Shown: in pieces, positions 44,085-57,358 of the stretch
Position numbering within the stretch: the stretch's first letter is position 1
How the letters are laid out: the number at the start of each line of letters is the position of its first letter
From: Pedobacter sp.
Lineage (GTDB): Bacteria > Desulfobacterota > Desulfuromonadia > Desulfuromonadales > Syntrophotaleaceae
DNA length: 64,000 nt
Reading direction: 5' to 3'
NCBI GenBank assembly: GCA_050253415.1
Contig: JBFWJC010000003.1
Span: 256,001-320,000 of the forward strand
The notes under the pieces: model-generated
Database searches by the model: none
Told to the model about the DNA's origin: nothing
What the model saw: the letters and a program-made list of their open reading frames with translations, nothing else
Translations under genes and position numbers: made by a program

Positions 44085-44852
44085 ATGGTCAGAGATGGTT
44101 ATTTATCTGATGACGGTATGCGAGCAGGTTTTTTTTACAGCCTCGATCCCCGTACCAAGCTCGTTGTGTTGTCTGTGTTGTTGGTTGCCGTCTTCTCTGC
44201 AATGCAGGTTTGGCGCTTGTGCATACTGACTTTGGTTGCTTTTGCAGGGGTGTTTCTGGTCCGGGGTTCGCGATTCAGAATCATGCGCCGCCTCCACGCA
44301 ATGCGTTGGTTTTTCTTCACGGGACTGCTGTTGCATTTATTCTCCGGTTCGGGTCGGACTATCATGGGGATCTCTTTTCTCTCTTTTGACGGACTGCTCG
44401 AGGGTGGTTTGGTGGTTTGGCGATTGGCCTTGGCAATGTTGTTTGCTTCGTTGTTCTGTTTCAGCACACCCGTTTCGGTGCTTGCCAACGCTTTGGTGGG
44501 AATGATGCGGCCCTTCAGGAAGATAATGCCGGTTAATCGAATTGGCTTGCATGTGCTACTTGTTTTGACCTGGGTGCCGATAGTTCACGACGCAATTTTT
44601 GTTGCACGCCAACAGCGGAAACAGACAGCGGAATGCAGCCGCCGTGGTTTAAGCGGCGTGATCGCCGACTTGTATCTGATCATTGACCAGTTGCTTGTGA
44701 CGGCTGAAAACCTTGTGGAGACGGTTATGGTTGGCGATTATTGTTTGTTGAATTTGCCGTCGACAAATACGGAAAAGTACAGAATGTCAGAAGCGGGGAT
44801 GCTGTTGATGTCCATGGTTTTTATGTCGATATGGTTCTGGGGGTTGCCATGA
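44085..44852 (+). CDS. Divergent ECF transporter T-component (EcfT/CbiQ-like) membrane protein
   Basis: LDPRTKL N-terminal motif, TM pattern and STP...LANAL...MRPF; lacks the canonical xRG coupling motifs. Confidence 0.7.
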   Translation: MVRDGYLSDDGMRAGFFYSLDPRTKLVVLSVLLVAVFSAMQVWRLCILTLVAFAGVFLVRGSRFRIMRRLHAMRWFFFTGLLLHLFSGSGRTIMGISFLSFDGLLEGGLVVWRLALAMLFASLFCFSTPVSVLANALVGMMRPFRKIMPVNRIGLHVLLVLTWVPIVHDAIFVARQQRKQTAECSRRGLSGVIADLYLIIDQLLVTAENLVETVMVGDYCLLNLPSTNTEKYRMSEAGMLLMSMVFMSIWFWGLP

Positions 44853-45586
44853 GCGTTGTTCGGCTTATTATTGAATACGATGGAACCCAGTATGTTGGCT
44901 GGCAACGACAACCCAATGGTGTTTCTGTTCAGCAGGTGGTCGAGGAAGCTTTGGCCAAGGTGTGCGGTAGTGCGCATGTGCTTTTTTCTTCCGGGCGTAC
45001 CGACGCGGGGGTGCATGCCCGCGGCATGGTAGCACACTTTAAGACGGATCGCCTTTTGCCCATGGGGGCATATTGTGAAGGGGTTAACCGGTTGCTGCCC
45101 TGCGATATTGTCGTGCGGGATGCGGCTGTCGTGCCGGATGATTTTCATGCTCGTTATAGTGCAAAAGGTAAGTGGTATCGTTACAGTATCTGTTCGACTC
45201 CGGTTCGTTCGCCCCTCGCCAGTCGTTACAGCTGGCATGTTCGAAGTAGCCTCGACCTGTCAAGCATGCAGCAGGCTGCTGCGTTTTTTGTCGGGCAACA
45301 TGACTTTTCAGCATTTCGGGCTACCGGTTGCTCTGCCCGCACTACAGTGCGTGGGATATTCTCCGTTGATGTGACCGAAGCGGATGCGCTTATTCATGTC
45401 GATGTGCGCGGTAGTGGTTTTTTACGTAACATGATACGTATAATGGTTGGTACGCTTGTCGAGGTAGGACGGGGGAAGAGACCACCGCAGGAAATCAGCG
45501 ATATGCTGATCGATTGCCGTCGTGCTCGGGCCGGTGTAACAGCCCCTCCTCAAGGCCTTTGCCTTATGGAGGTATTTTATGAGTGA
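44849..45586 (+). CDS. truA: tRNA pseudouridine(38-40) synthase
   Basis: [21 protein letters not shown] and FLRNMIR motifs. Confidence 0.97.
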   Translation: MSVVRLIIEYDGTQYVGWQRQPNGVSVQQVVEEALAKVCGSAHVLFSSGRTDAGVHARGMVAHFKTDRLLPMGAYCEGVNRLLPCDIVVRDAAVVPDDFHARYSAKGKWYRYSICSTPVRSPLASRYSWHVRSSLDLSSMQQAAAFFVGQHDFSAFRATGCSARTTVRGIFSVDVTEADALIHVDVRGSGFLRNMIRIMVGTLVEVGRGKRPPQEISDMLIDCRRARAGVTAPPQGLCLMEVFYE

Positions 45587-45615
45587 AATTGTCGGTTGCT
45601 GCAGGCAAAAAGACC

Positions 45616-45644
45616 TTGACATGGCAGGGGGTTTCCGTTAACTT
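45616..45644 (+). promoter_or_regulatory. Putative sigma70 promoter for rplM-rpsI
   Basis: TTGACA, 17 bp, TAACTT. Confidence 0.65.
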
Positions 45645-45699
45645 CTGTTGTCCTGTGGTCCCGTTACGAAAATCACAGTTTACGCATAGAGAGGAAGCC

Positions 45700-46128
45700 A
45701 TGAGCACGCAGGTAGCAAAAAAATCCGAGATCAAAAAAAACTGGTATATTGTGGATCTGGACGGTAAAGTGCTGGGTCGAGCCGCGACTGAAATTGCTCG
45801 TGTTCTGCGGGGGAAGCATAAAGCTATCTATTCCCCTAGCGTCGATACCGGCGATTTCGTCGTTGTCGTGAATGCTGAGAAAGTCAAGCTGACCGGTAAT
45901 AAGCTGGCCGCCAAAATGTACTATCATCATTCGGGATATCCGGGGGGATTGCGTGAAGCCACCGCCGCCCAGATGCTTGAAAAAAAGCCCGAGGATGTGA
46001 TTAAGAAGGCTGTCAAGGGCATGCTGCCCAAGAACAAATTGGGGCGCGATATGTTGCGGAAACTGAAGGTTTATGCCGGCAGTGACCATCCCCACGACGC
46101 TCAGCAGCCGCTTGAACTGAACGTCTAA
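45700..46128 (+). CDS. rplM: 50S ribosomal protein L13
   Basis: [14 protein letters not shown] and [10 protein letters not shown] motifs. Confidence 0.99.
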   Translation: MSTQVAKKSEIKKNWYIVDLDGKVLGRAATEIARVLRGKHKAIYSPSVDTGDFVVVVNAEKVKLTGNKLAAKMYYHHSGYPGGLREATAAQMLEKKPEDVIKKAVKGMLPKNKLGRDMLRKLKVYAGSDHPHDAQQPLELNV

Positions 46129-46156
46129 GAATTCAGAGCCGAGTCAGGAGATAAAG

Positions 46157-46549
46157 ATGGCCGAACAAAGGTTCTACGCAACCGGCAAAAGAAAAACTTC
46201 TATTGCCCGCGTCTGGCTGAAGCCGGGCGAAGGCAACATTACTGTCAATCGTCGCACTCTGGACGAGTACTTCGGTCGGGAAACCTCTAAAATGGTTATC
46301 CGTCAGCCTCTCGAATTGACCGATAATATCGGTAAATTCGATATTCAAGTGAACGTATGCGGTGGCGGTCCTTCCGGACAGGCCGGTGCCATCAAGCATG
46401 GCATTACCAAGGCTCTGTTGGAAGTTGATCCTGCATTGCGCGCAGTTCTTAAGAAAGCCGGCTTCATTACCCGTGATAGCCGTGCCAAGGAACGTAAAAA
46501 ATACGGTCGCAAAGCTGCCCGTGCAGCGTTCCAGTTCTCCAAACGTTAA
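46157..46549 (+). CDS. rpsI: 30S ribosomal protein S9
   Basis: [21 protein letters not shown] and C-terminal QFSKR. Confidence 0.99.
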   Translation: MAEQRFYATGKRKTSIARVWLKPGEGNITVNRRTLDEYFGRETSKMVIRQPLELTDNIGKFDIQVNVCGGGPSGQAGAIKHGITKALLEVDPALRAVLKKAGFITRDSRAKERKKYGRKAARAAFQFSKR

Positions 46550-46605
46550 TCCTCGTGTGTTACAGGCCGGGATCATTCGGCCCTGTATCTTTTCAGTCAT
46601 GGTGC

Positions 46606-46632
46606 AAAGGGAAACCCGCGGGTTTCCCTTTT
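46606..46632 (+). terminator. Terminator after rpsI
   Basis: AAAGGGAAACC-CGCG-GGTTTCCCTTTT. Confidence 0.75.
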
Positions 46633-46651
46633 CGCTTTTGAGGAGGTTGTC

Positions 46652-47689
46652 ATGCTGAAAGTTGCCATTGTTGGTGCAAGTGGGTATACCGGGGTCGAAC
46701 TGATCCGGTTGCTGCTGAATCATCCACAAATTGAGATTACTTGTGTAACTTCCCGGCAGAATGCCGGTACGAGTATCTCCAGTGTGTTTCCTTCACTTCT
46801 GGGGCGTATTGATCTTCAGTTTGACCCCGTCGACCTCGATCTTATTATCCAGAAGTCCGATTTCGTCTTTACCGCTTTACCTCACAAGGCGGCCATGGCG
46901 GTGATCCCCGATCTGCTCGACGCTGGTAAAAAAGTTGTCGACCTGTCAGCTGATTACCGGTTACGTGATGTTGCCGTCTACGAGGCCTGGTACGACAAGC
47001 ATACCAGTCCCGAGTTGTTGGATGAGGCGGTTTACGGATTGCCTGAACTTTTCCGCTCCGACGTGCGCACAGCGCGCCTGGTCGCCAATCCTGGTTGCTA
47101 CCCTACAAGTATTGCCCTGGGGCTTGCCCCGCTGCTTGAAAAGGGGTTGGTCGATCTGCAATCCCTGATTATCGACAGTAAATCCGGCACCAGTGGGGCA
47201 GGCCGTTCTGCCAAAGTCGGTAGCCTTTATTGCGAAGTCAACGAAGGGTTCAAAGCCTACGGAGTCGCTTCGCATCGCCACACTCCCGAAATCGAACAAA
47301 CCTTGGGACATCTGGCCGGCCAGGCGGTGCAGGTTAGTTTTACCCCCCATCTGCTGCCTGTCAGTCGTGGTATCCTTTCCACCTGTTATGCCTCCCTGGG
47401 GCAGTCCATGGATACCGCTGCACTCCAGCAGTTGTATGCACAACGTTACGCCGGCGAACCTTTCGTACGCGTGCATCCTGTGGGTGAATTACCCAATATC
47501 CTGCATGTGCGCGGTAGCAATTGCTGCAATATCGGCGTGGTGAGTGATCCCCGTACCGGGCGCGCCATTATTGTGTCGGTTATTGATAATCTGCTCAAGG
47601 GAGCCGCCAGTCAGGCTGTACAGAATATGAATCTGATGCAGGGTTGGTCTGAGGACTCAGGATTGAAGGATCTGCCCCTGTTCCCCTGA
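46652..47689 (+). CDS. argC: N-acetyl-gamma-glutamyl-phosphate reductase
   Basis: [15 protein letters not shown] and DNLLKGAA motifs. Confidence 0.97.
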   Translation: MLKVAIVGASGYTGVELIRLLLNHPQIEITCVTSRQNAGTSISSVFPSLLGRIDLQFDPVDLDLIIQKSDFVFTALPHKAAMAVIPDLLDAGKKVVDLSADYRLRDVAVYEAWYDKHTSPELLDEAVYGLPELFRSDVRTARLVANPGCYPTSIALGLAPLLEKGLVDLQSLIIDSKSGTSGAGRSAKVGSLYCEVNEGFKAYGVASHRHTPEIEQTLGHLAGQAVQVSFTPHLLPVSRGILSTCYASLGQSMDTAALQQLYAQRYAGEPFVRVHPVGELPNILHVRGSNCCNIGVVSDPRTGRAIIVSVIDNLLKGAASQAVQNMNLMQGWSEDSGLKDLPLFP

Positions 47690-47727
47690 AGTTTGGGTAC
47701 ACCATCGTCAAAGGATCGGTATTAAAC

Positions 47728-49590
47728 GTGGCTGAAAAGGGCTCCAGGTCCTCCAATTTGCATCGCTATACGGATTTCTTGCCGACCAACCGGAAGGAAA
47801 TGGCCGCATGGGGCTGGAGCGACCTCGATATTCTGTTCGTTAGCGGGGATGCTTATATCGACCACCCCGCTTTCGGGGTTCCTTTGTTGGCGCGTTTTCT
47901 TGTGAGTCATGGATATCGGGTCGGTATCCTCGCACAACCCGACTGGCGGCAGCCTGAGGCTTTGCGTGTCATGGGGCGGCCGCGCTTGTTCGCGGCTGTT
48001 TCCGGTGGCGCCATGGATTCCATGGTTAACCATTACACCGCGGCACGCAAGCTTCGCAGCAATGACGCCTATACGCCCGGTGGCAGGGCCGGTGCACGAC
48101 CAAACAGAGCCGTCATTGCTTATACTGCCGCGATCAAGGGGGCCTTTAAGGGCTTGCCGGTCGTAATAGGTGGTATCGAAGCAAGTTTGCGCCGTCTGGC
48201 TCATTTCGACTACTGGTCGGATCAAGTCCGTCGTTCGGTGCTGATCGATGCCAAAGCCGACCTGCTGCTTTATGGTATGGCAGAAAAGTCTGTGCTTGAA
48301 TTGGCGCAACGCTGTGCCGCCGGTGAGAGCCCCAGCCAGATTTCCGATTTGGCAGGCAGCGCCGTCATCTGCACGGAACCGCCAGAAAAATGCGTGGAAC
48401 TGCCTTCTTTTGAGGATGTCAGCAATGAGCCGGATGCTTTTAACCGTGCATATTGCCTGGCTACCCGCGAAGCAAATCCTTATTGCGGACAATCCGTCGT
48501 ACAGCGCCACGGATCGCGTTGGGTGCTGGTGAACCCGCCGTCGCTCCCTCTTACGCAGTCGGAGCTCGATGAGATCTATGCCTTGCCGTTCAGTCGCCGA
48601 CCTCACTATAGCTACACCGAGCCTATTCCTGCATTCGAACAGATTCGTTTCTCAATAACCAGTCATCGAGGATGCTTCGGAGGTTGTGCCTTCTGCGCAA
48701 TTGCCTCCCACCAGGGGAAGGTCATTCAATCGCGCTCACAATCTTCTATCGTGTCAGAAGTGGCGACTATTGCGCAGGATCGTGAATTTCGCGGAACCAT
48801 AACCGATGTGGGTGGACCGACCGCCAATATGTATGGCATGCGTTGCGGACATCCCAAGGCGCGTAAATCCTGTCGCAGGGAAGGGTGTCTTTTCCCGGAA
48901 CCGTGTCAGCACCTTGTGGTTGAAGATGAGGCCGCCTCGTCTTTGCTCGAGAAGGTCCGCTTGCTTCCCGCAGTCCAGCATGTATTTGTCGCATCCGGGG
49001 TGCGTCTGGATCTGCTGGAACGCCAACCTGAATATTTCCGTCAATTGTTGAGCCATCATGTCGGCGGCTTGTTGAAGGTTGCGCCTGAGACCCTTAGCGC
49101 CAAGGTAGCTGGCATTATGCGCAAACCCGGCCCCGGCTCATTTAGCGCTTTTCTTGCACGGTTTCGTCAACATAGCCGGGAGTTGGGCAAACGTCAGGCT
49201 GTGGTGCCGTATATGATAGCCGGTCATCCCGGTTGCACTCTTGAGGATATGGTCGACACGGCCCTGTTTCTGAAGGATCACGGGCTGCGGGTTGAACAAG
49301 TCCAGGAATTTACTCCTACCCCTGGAACTCTTGCTACCTGTATGTACCATACAGGAGTGGATCCGGAGACCGGGCAGGCTGTCCATGTCGCGAAATCGCC
49401 TAAGGAAAGGCGGTTGCAAAAAGCCTTGTTGTTATCACATTTACCCGAAAACAAAAATGATGTATTGCAGGCATTGCAGGCCTGTGGACGGCAAGATGCT
49501 GCCGCACGATTGTTGGGGGACAGCCCTGTGGCACCAGGCAAAGCCGTGTCCTTACCCAGGCGATCACCAAGGCGCTCGCGTAGGAAGTAG
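47728..49590 (+). CDS. YgiQ-family (UPF0313) radical SAM protein
   Basis: [28 protein letters not shown] (CxxxCxxC) and [10 protein letters not shown] motifs. Confidence 0.92.
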   Translation: MAEKGSRSSNLHRYTDFLPTNRKEMAAWGWSDLDILFVSGDAYIDHPAFGVPLLARFLVSHGYRVGILAQPDWRQPEALRVMGRPRLFAAVSGGAMDSMVNHYTAARKLRSNDAYTPGGRAGARPNRAVIAYTAAIKGAFKGLPVVIGGIEASLRRLAHFDYWSDQVRRSVLIDAKADLLLYGMAEKSVLELAQRCAAGESPSQISDLAGSAVICTEPPEKCVELPSFEDVSNEPDAFNRAYCLATREANPYCGQSVVQRHGSRWVLVNPPSLPLTQSELDEIYALPFSRRPHYSYTEPIPAFEQIRFSITSHRGCFGGCAFCAIASHQGKVIQSRSQSSIVSEVATIAQDREFRGTITDVGGPTANMYGMRCGHPKARKSCRREGCLFPEPCQHLVVEDEAASSLLEKVRLLPAVQHVFVASGVRLDLLERQPEYFRQLLSHHVGGLLKVAPETLSAKVAGIMRKPGPGSFSAFLARFRQHSRELGKRQAVVPYMIAGHPGCTLEDMVDTALFLKDHGLRVEQVQEFTPTPGTLATCMYHTGVDPETGQAVHVAKSPKERRLQKALLLSHLPENKNDVLQALQACGRQDAAARLLGDSPVAPGKAVSLPRRSPRRSRRK

Positions 49591-49702
49591 TACCGGGTTG
49601 GTTTTCAACCGCCTCGGATCTTCTGATTTTTGAATTTTACGGAGTTTTGGAACCGTAAAAGGATTGTTGTCGTTGCGTCTGCTGTGTCAGCGCCCGGGAT
49701 TC

Positions 49703-49731
49703 TTGACAGGCTGTGCGGGGAAGATTACTAT
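49703..49731 (+). promoter_or_regulatory. Putative sigma70 promoter
   Basis: TTGACA, 17 bp, TACTAT. Confidence 0.7.
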
Positions 49732-49761
49732 GACGCCCTTTGCCGGCATGGGAGATCGATC

Positions 49762-49950
49762 ATGATGGACTTTCTGGTGACCGTTGCAGGGGTAGTGATG
49801 ATTGTTGAGGGCGTTCCCTGGTTTCTTTCCCCCCCGAGAATGAAACGGTTGCTGCTTGGTTTTATGGGGCTACCTGATCGCGCATTACGCAGTATGGGGT
49901 TGTTGCTGATGTTGAGCGGTTTATTCCTGGTCTACCTGGTTCGCGGCTAA
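49762..49950 (+). CDS. Small membrane protein, DUF2065 (YjeT-like)
   Basis: GVVMIVEGVPWFLSP...LRSMGL pattern; two TM segments. Confidence 0.8.
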   Translation: MMDFLVTVAGVVMIVEGVPWFLSPPRMKRLLLGFMGLPDRALRSMGLLLMLSGLFLVYLVRG

Positions 49951-50150
49951 GGTCCAGTTGGACTTTGTCGGTTCAGTAGCTTTTCATGATTGTCAAGATG
50001 CTCAATCCGGTTCCTTATACAAAAGACGGGGTATAAAACCAGTGCGGCAGTAGCGGGCAGGGCGGCCGATAGGCGTTGACTTTACTCCATAGGTATGTTT
50101 GATTGCTGAGGCTATTTATGCCTTACGCAGCAGATAGGCTTCTTAGAACA

Positions 50151-52332
<2,182 letters not shown>

Positions 52333-52419
52333 ATAATCGGAAAAATTCGTTCGTATTTTGTGGTACGCTGCTAACAACCCATAACTGCAGGATCAAAAAC
52401 CAATCTAAAGGAGCCGTTT

Positions 52420-52731
52420 ATGTTTTGGATTTCCGAAGCTCATGCCATGGCGTCGCCCCCCGGCGGTGAAAGCAACCCCTACGGAACGGTCATCATGCTG
52501 GTGCTGATGTTCGGTATCTTTTATTTTTTGCTGATTCGCCCTCAGCAAAAACGTGCCAAGGAGCATAAACAACTGGTGGACGGACTCAAAGCCGGGGACC
52601 TGGTGGTTACAGCTGGTGGGCTGCACGGCAAGGTAGTCAGCGTTCAGGAGAATATCGTATCCCTGGAAGTGGCTACGGGTGTCAAGATTAAGATCAATCG
52701 TTCTTCCATCGTAAGTGTGGAACAGAACTAG
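52420..52731 (+). CDS. yajC: Preprotein translocase subunit YajC
   Basis: FYFLLIRPQQKR and GDLVVTAGGLHG motifs. Confidence 0.96.
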   Translation: MFWISEAHAMASPPGGESNPYGTVIMLVLMFGIFYFLLIRPQQKRAKEHKQLVDGLKAGDLVVTAGGLHGKVVSVQENIVSLEVATGVKIKINRSSIVSVEQN

Positions 52732-52893
52732 AACCTTTCGGTCTTTTTGCCTTTATAACTTCTCATTGACGTTGCTGGCGCATGCCAGGTGCTATTGAAA
52801 CGTTTGGGAGACCGTCCTGTTGGTACGCTCTGTGTAGATGCGCAGTGCCTGCAGGACGTACTCCATTGATTGCGAAAGGAGTAGTGACTAGCC

Positions 52894-54495
52894 ATGTCCA
52901 AGAGCATCAAGTTGCGGGGAGGGGTTGTTCTGTTTTGCCTCGCCTTGTCTTTGTTGGCTTTAATGCCGACCCTGTTTCCCAATAGTACTCCCAACTGGGT
53001 GAAGAAGAGTTTTGATCCTTTGCATCTTGGCCTCGACCTTCAGGGCGGTATGCATCTGGTGCTGGGGGTTGATGTCGACAAAGCGGTTGAAAATCGCATC
53101 GACAGTCTTGTTGATCAGGTGGAATCCGATCTCAAGGAAAAGGACGTTATTTTCAAGCGTGTCTCCCGCATCGGCAATGACCGTCTGGTGGTCGTCGTTT
53201 ACGACGATGAGGCGGGTAAACAGGTTGATGCATTGATGGACGAGGGCAGTTATCGCAGCCTTGAGCCTTTGACCTTGGAGACCAGCGGCGGTTACATAGA
53301 AAAGTATTTTCGCTTTTCGGACAGTTCGGTTGCCTCCATCAAGGATAATGCTGTCAAACAAGCGCTTGAGACCTTGCGCAACCGTATCGATCAGTTCGGT
53401 GTCAGTGAAACTGTTCTGCAGCGGCAGGGTAGCGACCGTATTCTGATTCAGTTGCCTGGAATCAAGGATCCAAAGCGGGCAGTGGCCCTGCTTGGCAAGA
53501 CCGCTCTGCTTGAATTCAAAATGGTAGCCGAAAACGTGGATCTGCAGGCTGCTGCCAAAGGGGTGTTGCCCCCGGGAACCAGTCTCCTGTCTGAGCGCCA
53601 GGTCGATGGCCGCACAGGTGTTGTGACGCACATTCCGCTGGTGGTTTACGATAAAACCGTGCTGACGGGCGATCTGGTGTCCGATGCCCAGGTACGCATC
53701 GACCCCCGCTTCAACGAACCTTATGTGTCTATCGATTTCAATGCCGTAGGCGCCAAGCGTTTTGATCAGATCACCGCTTCGAATGTTGGCAAACGTATGG
53801 CCATCGTACTTGACGACACCGTCTACTCGGCACCGGTCATTCGTGAACGGATCTCCGGTGGCAGTGCCCAGATTTCAGGTTCCTTCGATGAACAGGAAGC
53901 CATGGATCTGGCCATTGTGCTACGGGCAGGGTCTTTGCCGGCACCGGTTACGATTCTCGAAAATAGAACTGTTGGACCGTCCCTCGGTCAGGACTCTATC
54001 CATCGCGGTATCTTGTCGGTAGTCATCGGCGGCATTGCGCTGGTCCTGGTCATGGGGATTTACTACAATCTGGCCGGTATCGTTGCCAATCTGGCCCTGG
54101 TGCTTAACCTGTTATTCATCATGGCCATGTTGAGCCTGTTCAAGGCCAGTCTGACCCTGCCGGGTATCGGTGGCATCGTGCTTACCCTCGGGATGGCGGT
54201 CGATGCCAACGTGCTTATCTATGAACGTATTCGCGAAGAGTTGCGTCTTGGCAAATCTGCGCGTAACGCTCTGGAAGCCGGTTATAGCAAGGCCTTTTTG
54301 ACCATCATGGATGCGAATATCACTACGTTGATCGCAGCCCTGGTTCTGTTCCAGTTCGGTACCGGGCCCGTTAAAGGCTTCGCGGTAACCCTGTGCATCG
54401 GGATCGTGGCTTCGCTGTTTACAGCAATTTTCGTATCGCGTGTTGTTTTCGACTTTTTCCTGGAACGTTACCAGGTCAAGCGGCTGAGTATATAA
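52894..54495 (+). CDS. secD: Protein translocase subunit SecD
   Basis: LGLDLQGG, VGPSLG and GMAVDANVLIYERIREE motifs. Confidence 0.98.
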   Translation: MSKSIKLRGGVVLFCLALSLLALMPTLFPNSTPNWVKKSFDPLHLGLDLQGGMHLVLGVDVDKAVENRIDSLVDQVESDLKEKDVIFKRVSRIGNDRLVVVVYDDEAGKQVDALMDEGSYRSLEPLTLETSGGYIEKYFRFSDSSVASIKDNAVKQALETLRNRIDQFGVSETVLQRQGSDRILIQLPGIKDPKRAVALLGKTALLEFKMVAENVDLQAAAKGVLPPGTSLLSERQVDGRTGVVTHIPLVVYDKTVLTGDLVSDAQVRIDPRFNEPYVSIDFNAVGAKRFDQITASNVGKRMAIVLDDTVYSAPVIRERISGGSAQISGSFDEQEAMDLAIVLRAGSLPAPVTILENRTVGPSLGQDSIHRGILSVVIGGIALVLVMGIYYNLAGIVANLALVLNLLFIMAMLSLFKASLTLPGIGGIVLTLGMAVDANVLIYERIREELRLGKSARNALEAGYSKAFLTIMDANITTLIAALVLFQFGTGPVKGFAVTLCIGIVASLFTAIFVSRVVFDFFLERYQVKRLSI

Positions 54496-54504
54496 GGGGG
54501 CAGC

Positions 54505-55431
54505 ATGGAGATCATCAAGCATGATATCAATATTAATTTTGTTGGTCGGCGTAAACTTGCGCTGATCTTCTCTTTGTTGCTGATTGTGGCCGGCATGGTT
54601 TCCCTTGTCGCCAAGGGTGGTCCTGAGTACGGCATCGATTTTTCCGGTGGTACTCTTATTCAGGTCAAATTCGCTCAGCCCACCAACGCCAAGGAGATTA
54701 AAAATGCTCTTCAGGACATGGATCTAAAAGGTTTGGTGGTTCAGAAGTTCGAGGAGGCATCTCAGGAATTTCTGTTGCGTGCCCAGGAGACCAGTTCAGA
54801 ACTGGAGGGCTTGGGGCAGCAGATCGGTACGCATCTGCAAAAATCCTACGGTGACGGTGCGGTTGAAATCCGTCGTGTGGAAATGGTTGGACCTCAGGTC
54901 GGTAAGGACCTGCGCAAAAAGGGGCTCATGGCCATTATTTTTGCCATGGTTGGTGTGCTGATCTATGTCACTATTCGATTTGAATTTCGGTTTGCGGTCG
55001 GAGCTATAGTAGCCCTGGTACATGATGTGCTCATTACTCTGGGTGCCTTCTCCATATTCGGCAAGGAAATCGACTTGCCGATTATTGCCGCGTTCCTGGC
55101 GATTATCGGTTATTCGCTCAACGATACGATCATTGTGTACGACCGTATTCGCGAAAATTCCGGCAAGCACAGCAAGGACGAGTTCCCGGCTATCATTAAT
55201 GCCAGTATCAACGAAACCATGTCACGTACTATCCTTACCTCCGGTACGACATTGTTGGTTATCCTGGCACTATTCCTTTTCGGAGGCGGGGTAATCCATA
55301 ATTTCGCCTTTGCCATGCTGATCGGAGTTGTGGTGGGTACCTATTCATCCATTTTTGTCGCCAGCCCCGTTCTTTTGTTCTGGGATGATTTTAAATCTCG
55401 TCGCCAGGCAGCGGCCGAAAAGGCTTCTTGA
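54505..55431 (+). CDS. secF: Protein translocase subunit SecF
   Basis: GIDFSGG, HDV, GYSLNDTIIVYDRIRE and GTYSSIFVA motifs. Confidence 0.98.
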   Translation: MEIIKHDININFVGRRKLALIFSLLLIVAGMVSLVAKGGPEYGIDFSGGTLIQVKFAQPTNAKEIKNALQDMDLKGLVVQKFEEASQEFLLRAQETSSELEGLGQQIGTHLQKSYGDGAVEIRRVEMVGPQVGKDLRKKGLMAIIFAMVGVLIYVTIRFEFRFAVGAIVALVHDVLITLGAFSIFGKEIDLPIIAAFLAIIGYSLNDTIIVYDRIRENSGKHSKDEFPAIINASINETMSRTILTSGTTLLVILALFLFGGGVIHNFAFAMLIGVVVGTYSSIFVASPVLLFWDDFKSRRQAAAEKAS

Positions 55432-55459
55432 TACCGGGATCTTCCCTGTATGTTTTATT

Positions 55460-55488
55460 GGGCCGGGGGGTATCCTCTCGGCCCTTTT
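55460..55488 (+). terminator. Terminator after secF
   Basis: GGGCCGGGGGG-TAT-CCTCTCGGCCC-TTTT. Confidence 0.65.
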
Positions 55489-55523
55489 GCATTTTTACCC
55501 TGAAATGAGATGTCTGAGGTCCT

Positions 55524-57248
55524 ATGACTGAATTTCCTAACAAACTTTGGCTGGAACGAAGCAACAGTGAATGCCTTGATAGCGAAGATTTACAGCGATC
55601 GCTAGGGATTTCCCGCATTACTGCAGAAGCTTTGTTGAGGCGGGAACTGAGCTCTCTGGATGAGGTTCAGGCATTTTTGCAGGCCAGATTGTCGAGCATG
55701 CCAGATCCTTACCTTATGGCGGATATGGGGAAGGCGGTTGAGCGCCTTGGAAAAGCGGTGCGCGATGGGGAAGGCATTTCGGTTCATGGCGATTATGATG
55801 TCGACGGGGTAACGGGTACCGCCTTGCTGGTGGAAACGCTTCGGGCTTTCGGAGCCCGGGTTGATTATTCCATCCCGTTGCGCTTGCGGGACGGATACGG
55901 TGTTTCAGACAGGGCGCTTGAGTCCTGCGCTGGCAGCGGGGCGGCACTTGTGATTACCGTCGATTGTGGAATCTCAGCCCATGCTCAGGCGGAAAGGGCA
56001 AGGGAGCTGGGACTCGATCTTATTATTACCGATCATCACCAGCCACCGGATATCCTGCCTGAGGCTTTGGCGATTCTGAATCCCGCCCGTTCCGATTGCC
56101 CTTTTCCATTTAAAAGCCTCGCCGGGGTCGGTGTGGTTTTCATGTTGCTTGTTGCGTTGCGAAAACATTTGCGCGAGTCGGGATATCGCAATAACCAACC
56201 CGAACCTGATTTGCGCTTTGGGCTTGACCTTGTCGCATTGGGCACCATCGCCGATATCGTTCCTCTTAAGGGGCTCAATCGAGCCCTTACCAAAGCCGGT
56301 TTGGAGTTGTTGTCGCATTCCGGCAGGGCCGGATTGCAGGCGCTTAAAAAGGTGGCAGGGGTTGAGAAGGTAAACTGCGGAACTGTCGGCTTCCGATTGG
56401 CTCCGCGCATCAATGCGGCAGGTCGTTTGGAGGATGCCGCTGTCGGGGTGGAATTGTTGCTTGGGTCATCGGTTGCAGGGGCGATGCCTACAGCTGAGTT
56501 GCTCGATCAGGTCAATAGTGAACGTCAGACCATCGAACAGCAGACACTGGAACAGGCCGATGAACGCTGGCAACAACAGTCGGAAGGCGCTACCCACAGT
56601 ATCGTTCTCGCCGATGAACGTTGGCATCCCGGTGTAATCGGCATAGTCGCCAGTCGTTTGGTCGAGAAATACCACCGGCCGACAATTCTTATTGCCCTGA
56701 ATAATGGGGTTGGAAAAGGTTCGGGACGATCGATAAAGGGATTGCACCTCTACCGGGCCTTGGCTGACTGTGGACCTTTTTTACAAGGCTTCGGTGGTCA
56801 TGAGTATGCTGCGGGCCTCACCATCGATGCCGATAAGGTAGCGAAATTTGCCCGCATGTTTGAAGACCTTGCTCGTCAACGACTATCAGCCGAAGACCTG
56901 CTGCCTCGTCAGTTTTACGATGGTGAGGTTTCGCTTGAGGATCTCGATCTCGATGCAGTTGACGAACTGTCCAGATTGGCTCCGTTTGGTGCTGGAAACC
57001 CGCAGCCGGTTTATCTGGTGCGTGGGGTATTTGTGCAGGGGGCTCAAGTGATTGGTGGAAGCCACCTGCGGTTTGTGGCGTGCCAGGGTGCACACGGTCT
57101 GCCCTGTATTGCTTTTGGCATGGGTGCGCTGCATGATCGTTTATCAGGTCCTCAGGATATTCTTTTTACTCCTCAGCGTAATGATTGGCGAGGCAAGTCG
57201 TCCTTGCAGTTGCAGGTGCGGGATATCCGTCCGACTAGCCTTACTTGA
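55524..57248 (+). CDS. recJ: Single-stranded DNA exonuclease RecJ
   Basis: GDYDVDG, TVDCG, TDHH, PRINAAGR and GGHEYAAG motifs. Confidence 0.97.
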   Translation: MTEFPNKLWLERSNSECLDSEDLQRSLGISRITAEALLRRELSSLDEVQAFLQARLSSMPDPYLMADMGKAVERLGKAVRDGEGISVHGDYDVDGVTGTALLVETLRAFGARVDYSIPLRLRDGYGVSDRALESCAGSGAALVITVDCGISAHAQAERARELGLDLIITDHHQPPDILPEALAILNPARSDCPFPFKSLAGVGVVFMLLVALRKHLRESGYRNNQPEPDLRFGLDLVALGTIADIVPLKGLNRALTKAGLELLSHSGRAGLQALKKVAGVEKVNCGTVGFRLAPRINAAGRLEDAAVGVELLLGSSVAGAMPTAELLDQVNSERQTIEQQTLEQADERWQQQSEGATHSIVLADERWHPGVIGIVASRLVEKYHRPTILIALNNGVGKGSGRSIKGLHLYRALADCGPFLQGFGGHEYAAGLTIDADKVAKFARMFEDLARQRLSAEDLLPRQFYDGEVSLEDLDLDAVDELSRLAPFGAGNPQPVYLVRGVFVQGAQVIGGSHLRFVACQGAHGLPCIAFGMGALHDRLSGPQDILFTPQRNDWRGKSSLQLQVRDIRPTSLT

Positions 57249-57358
57249 TCTTGCTTTTATCGGCTTTTTTTATATCTCATGCGGTATCCCAGAATTTTTT
57301 CCGCGGTACGTTATTCTGTACAGGGTTGGCATCCTTTTACTGAAACGGAGGTGGTGTT

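Noticed and set aside
50005..50045. preQ1-I riboswitch-like segment upstream of queA (CCGGTTCC...TATAAAACCAG)
   Set aside because: P1 is weak, the loop lacks the ligand-pairing C, and the tail has no pseudoknot partner.
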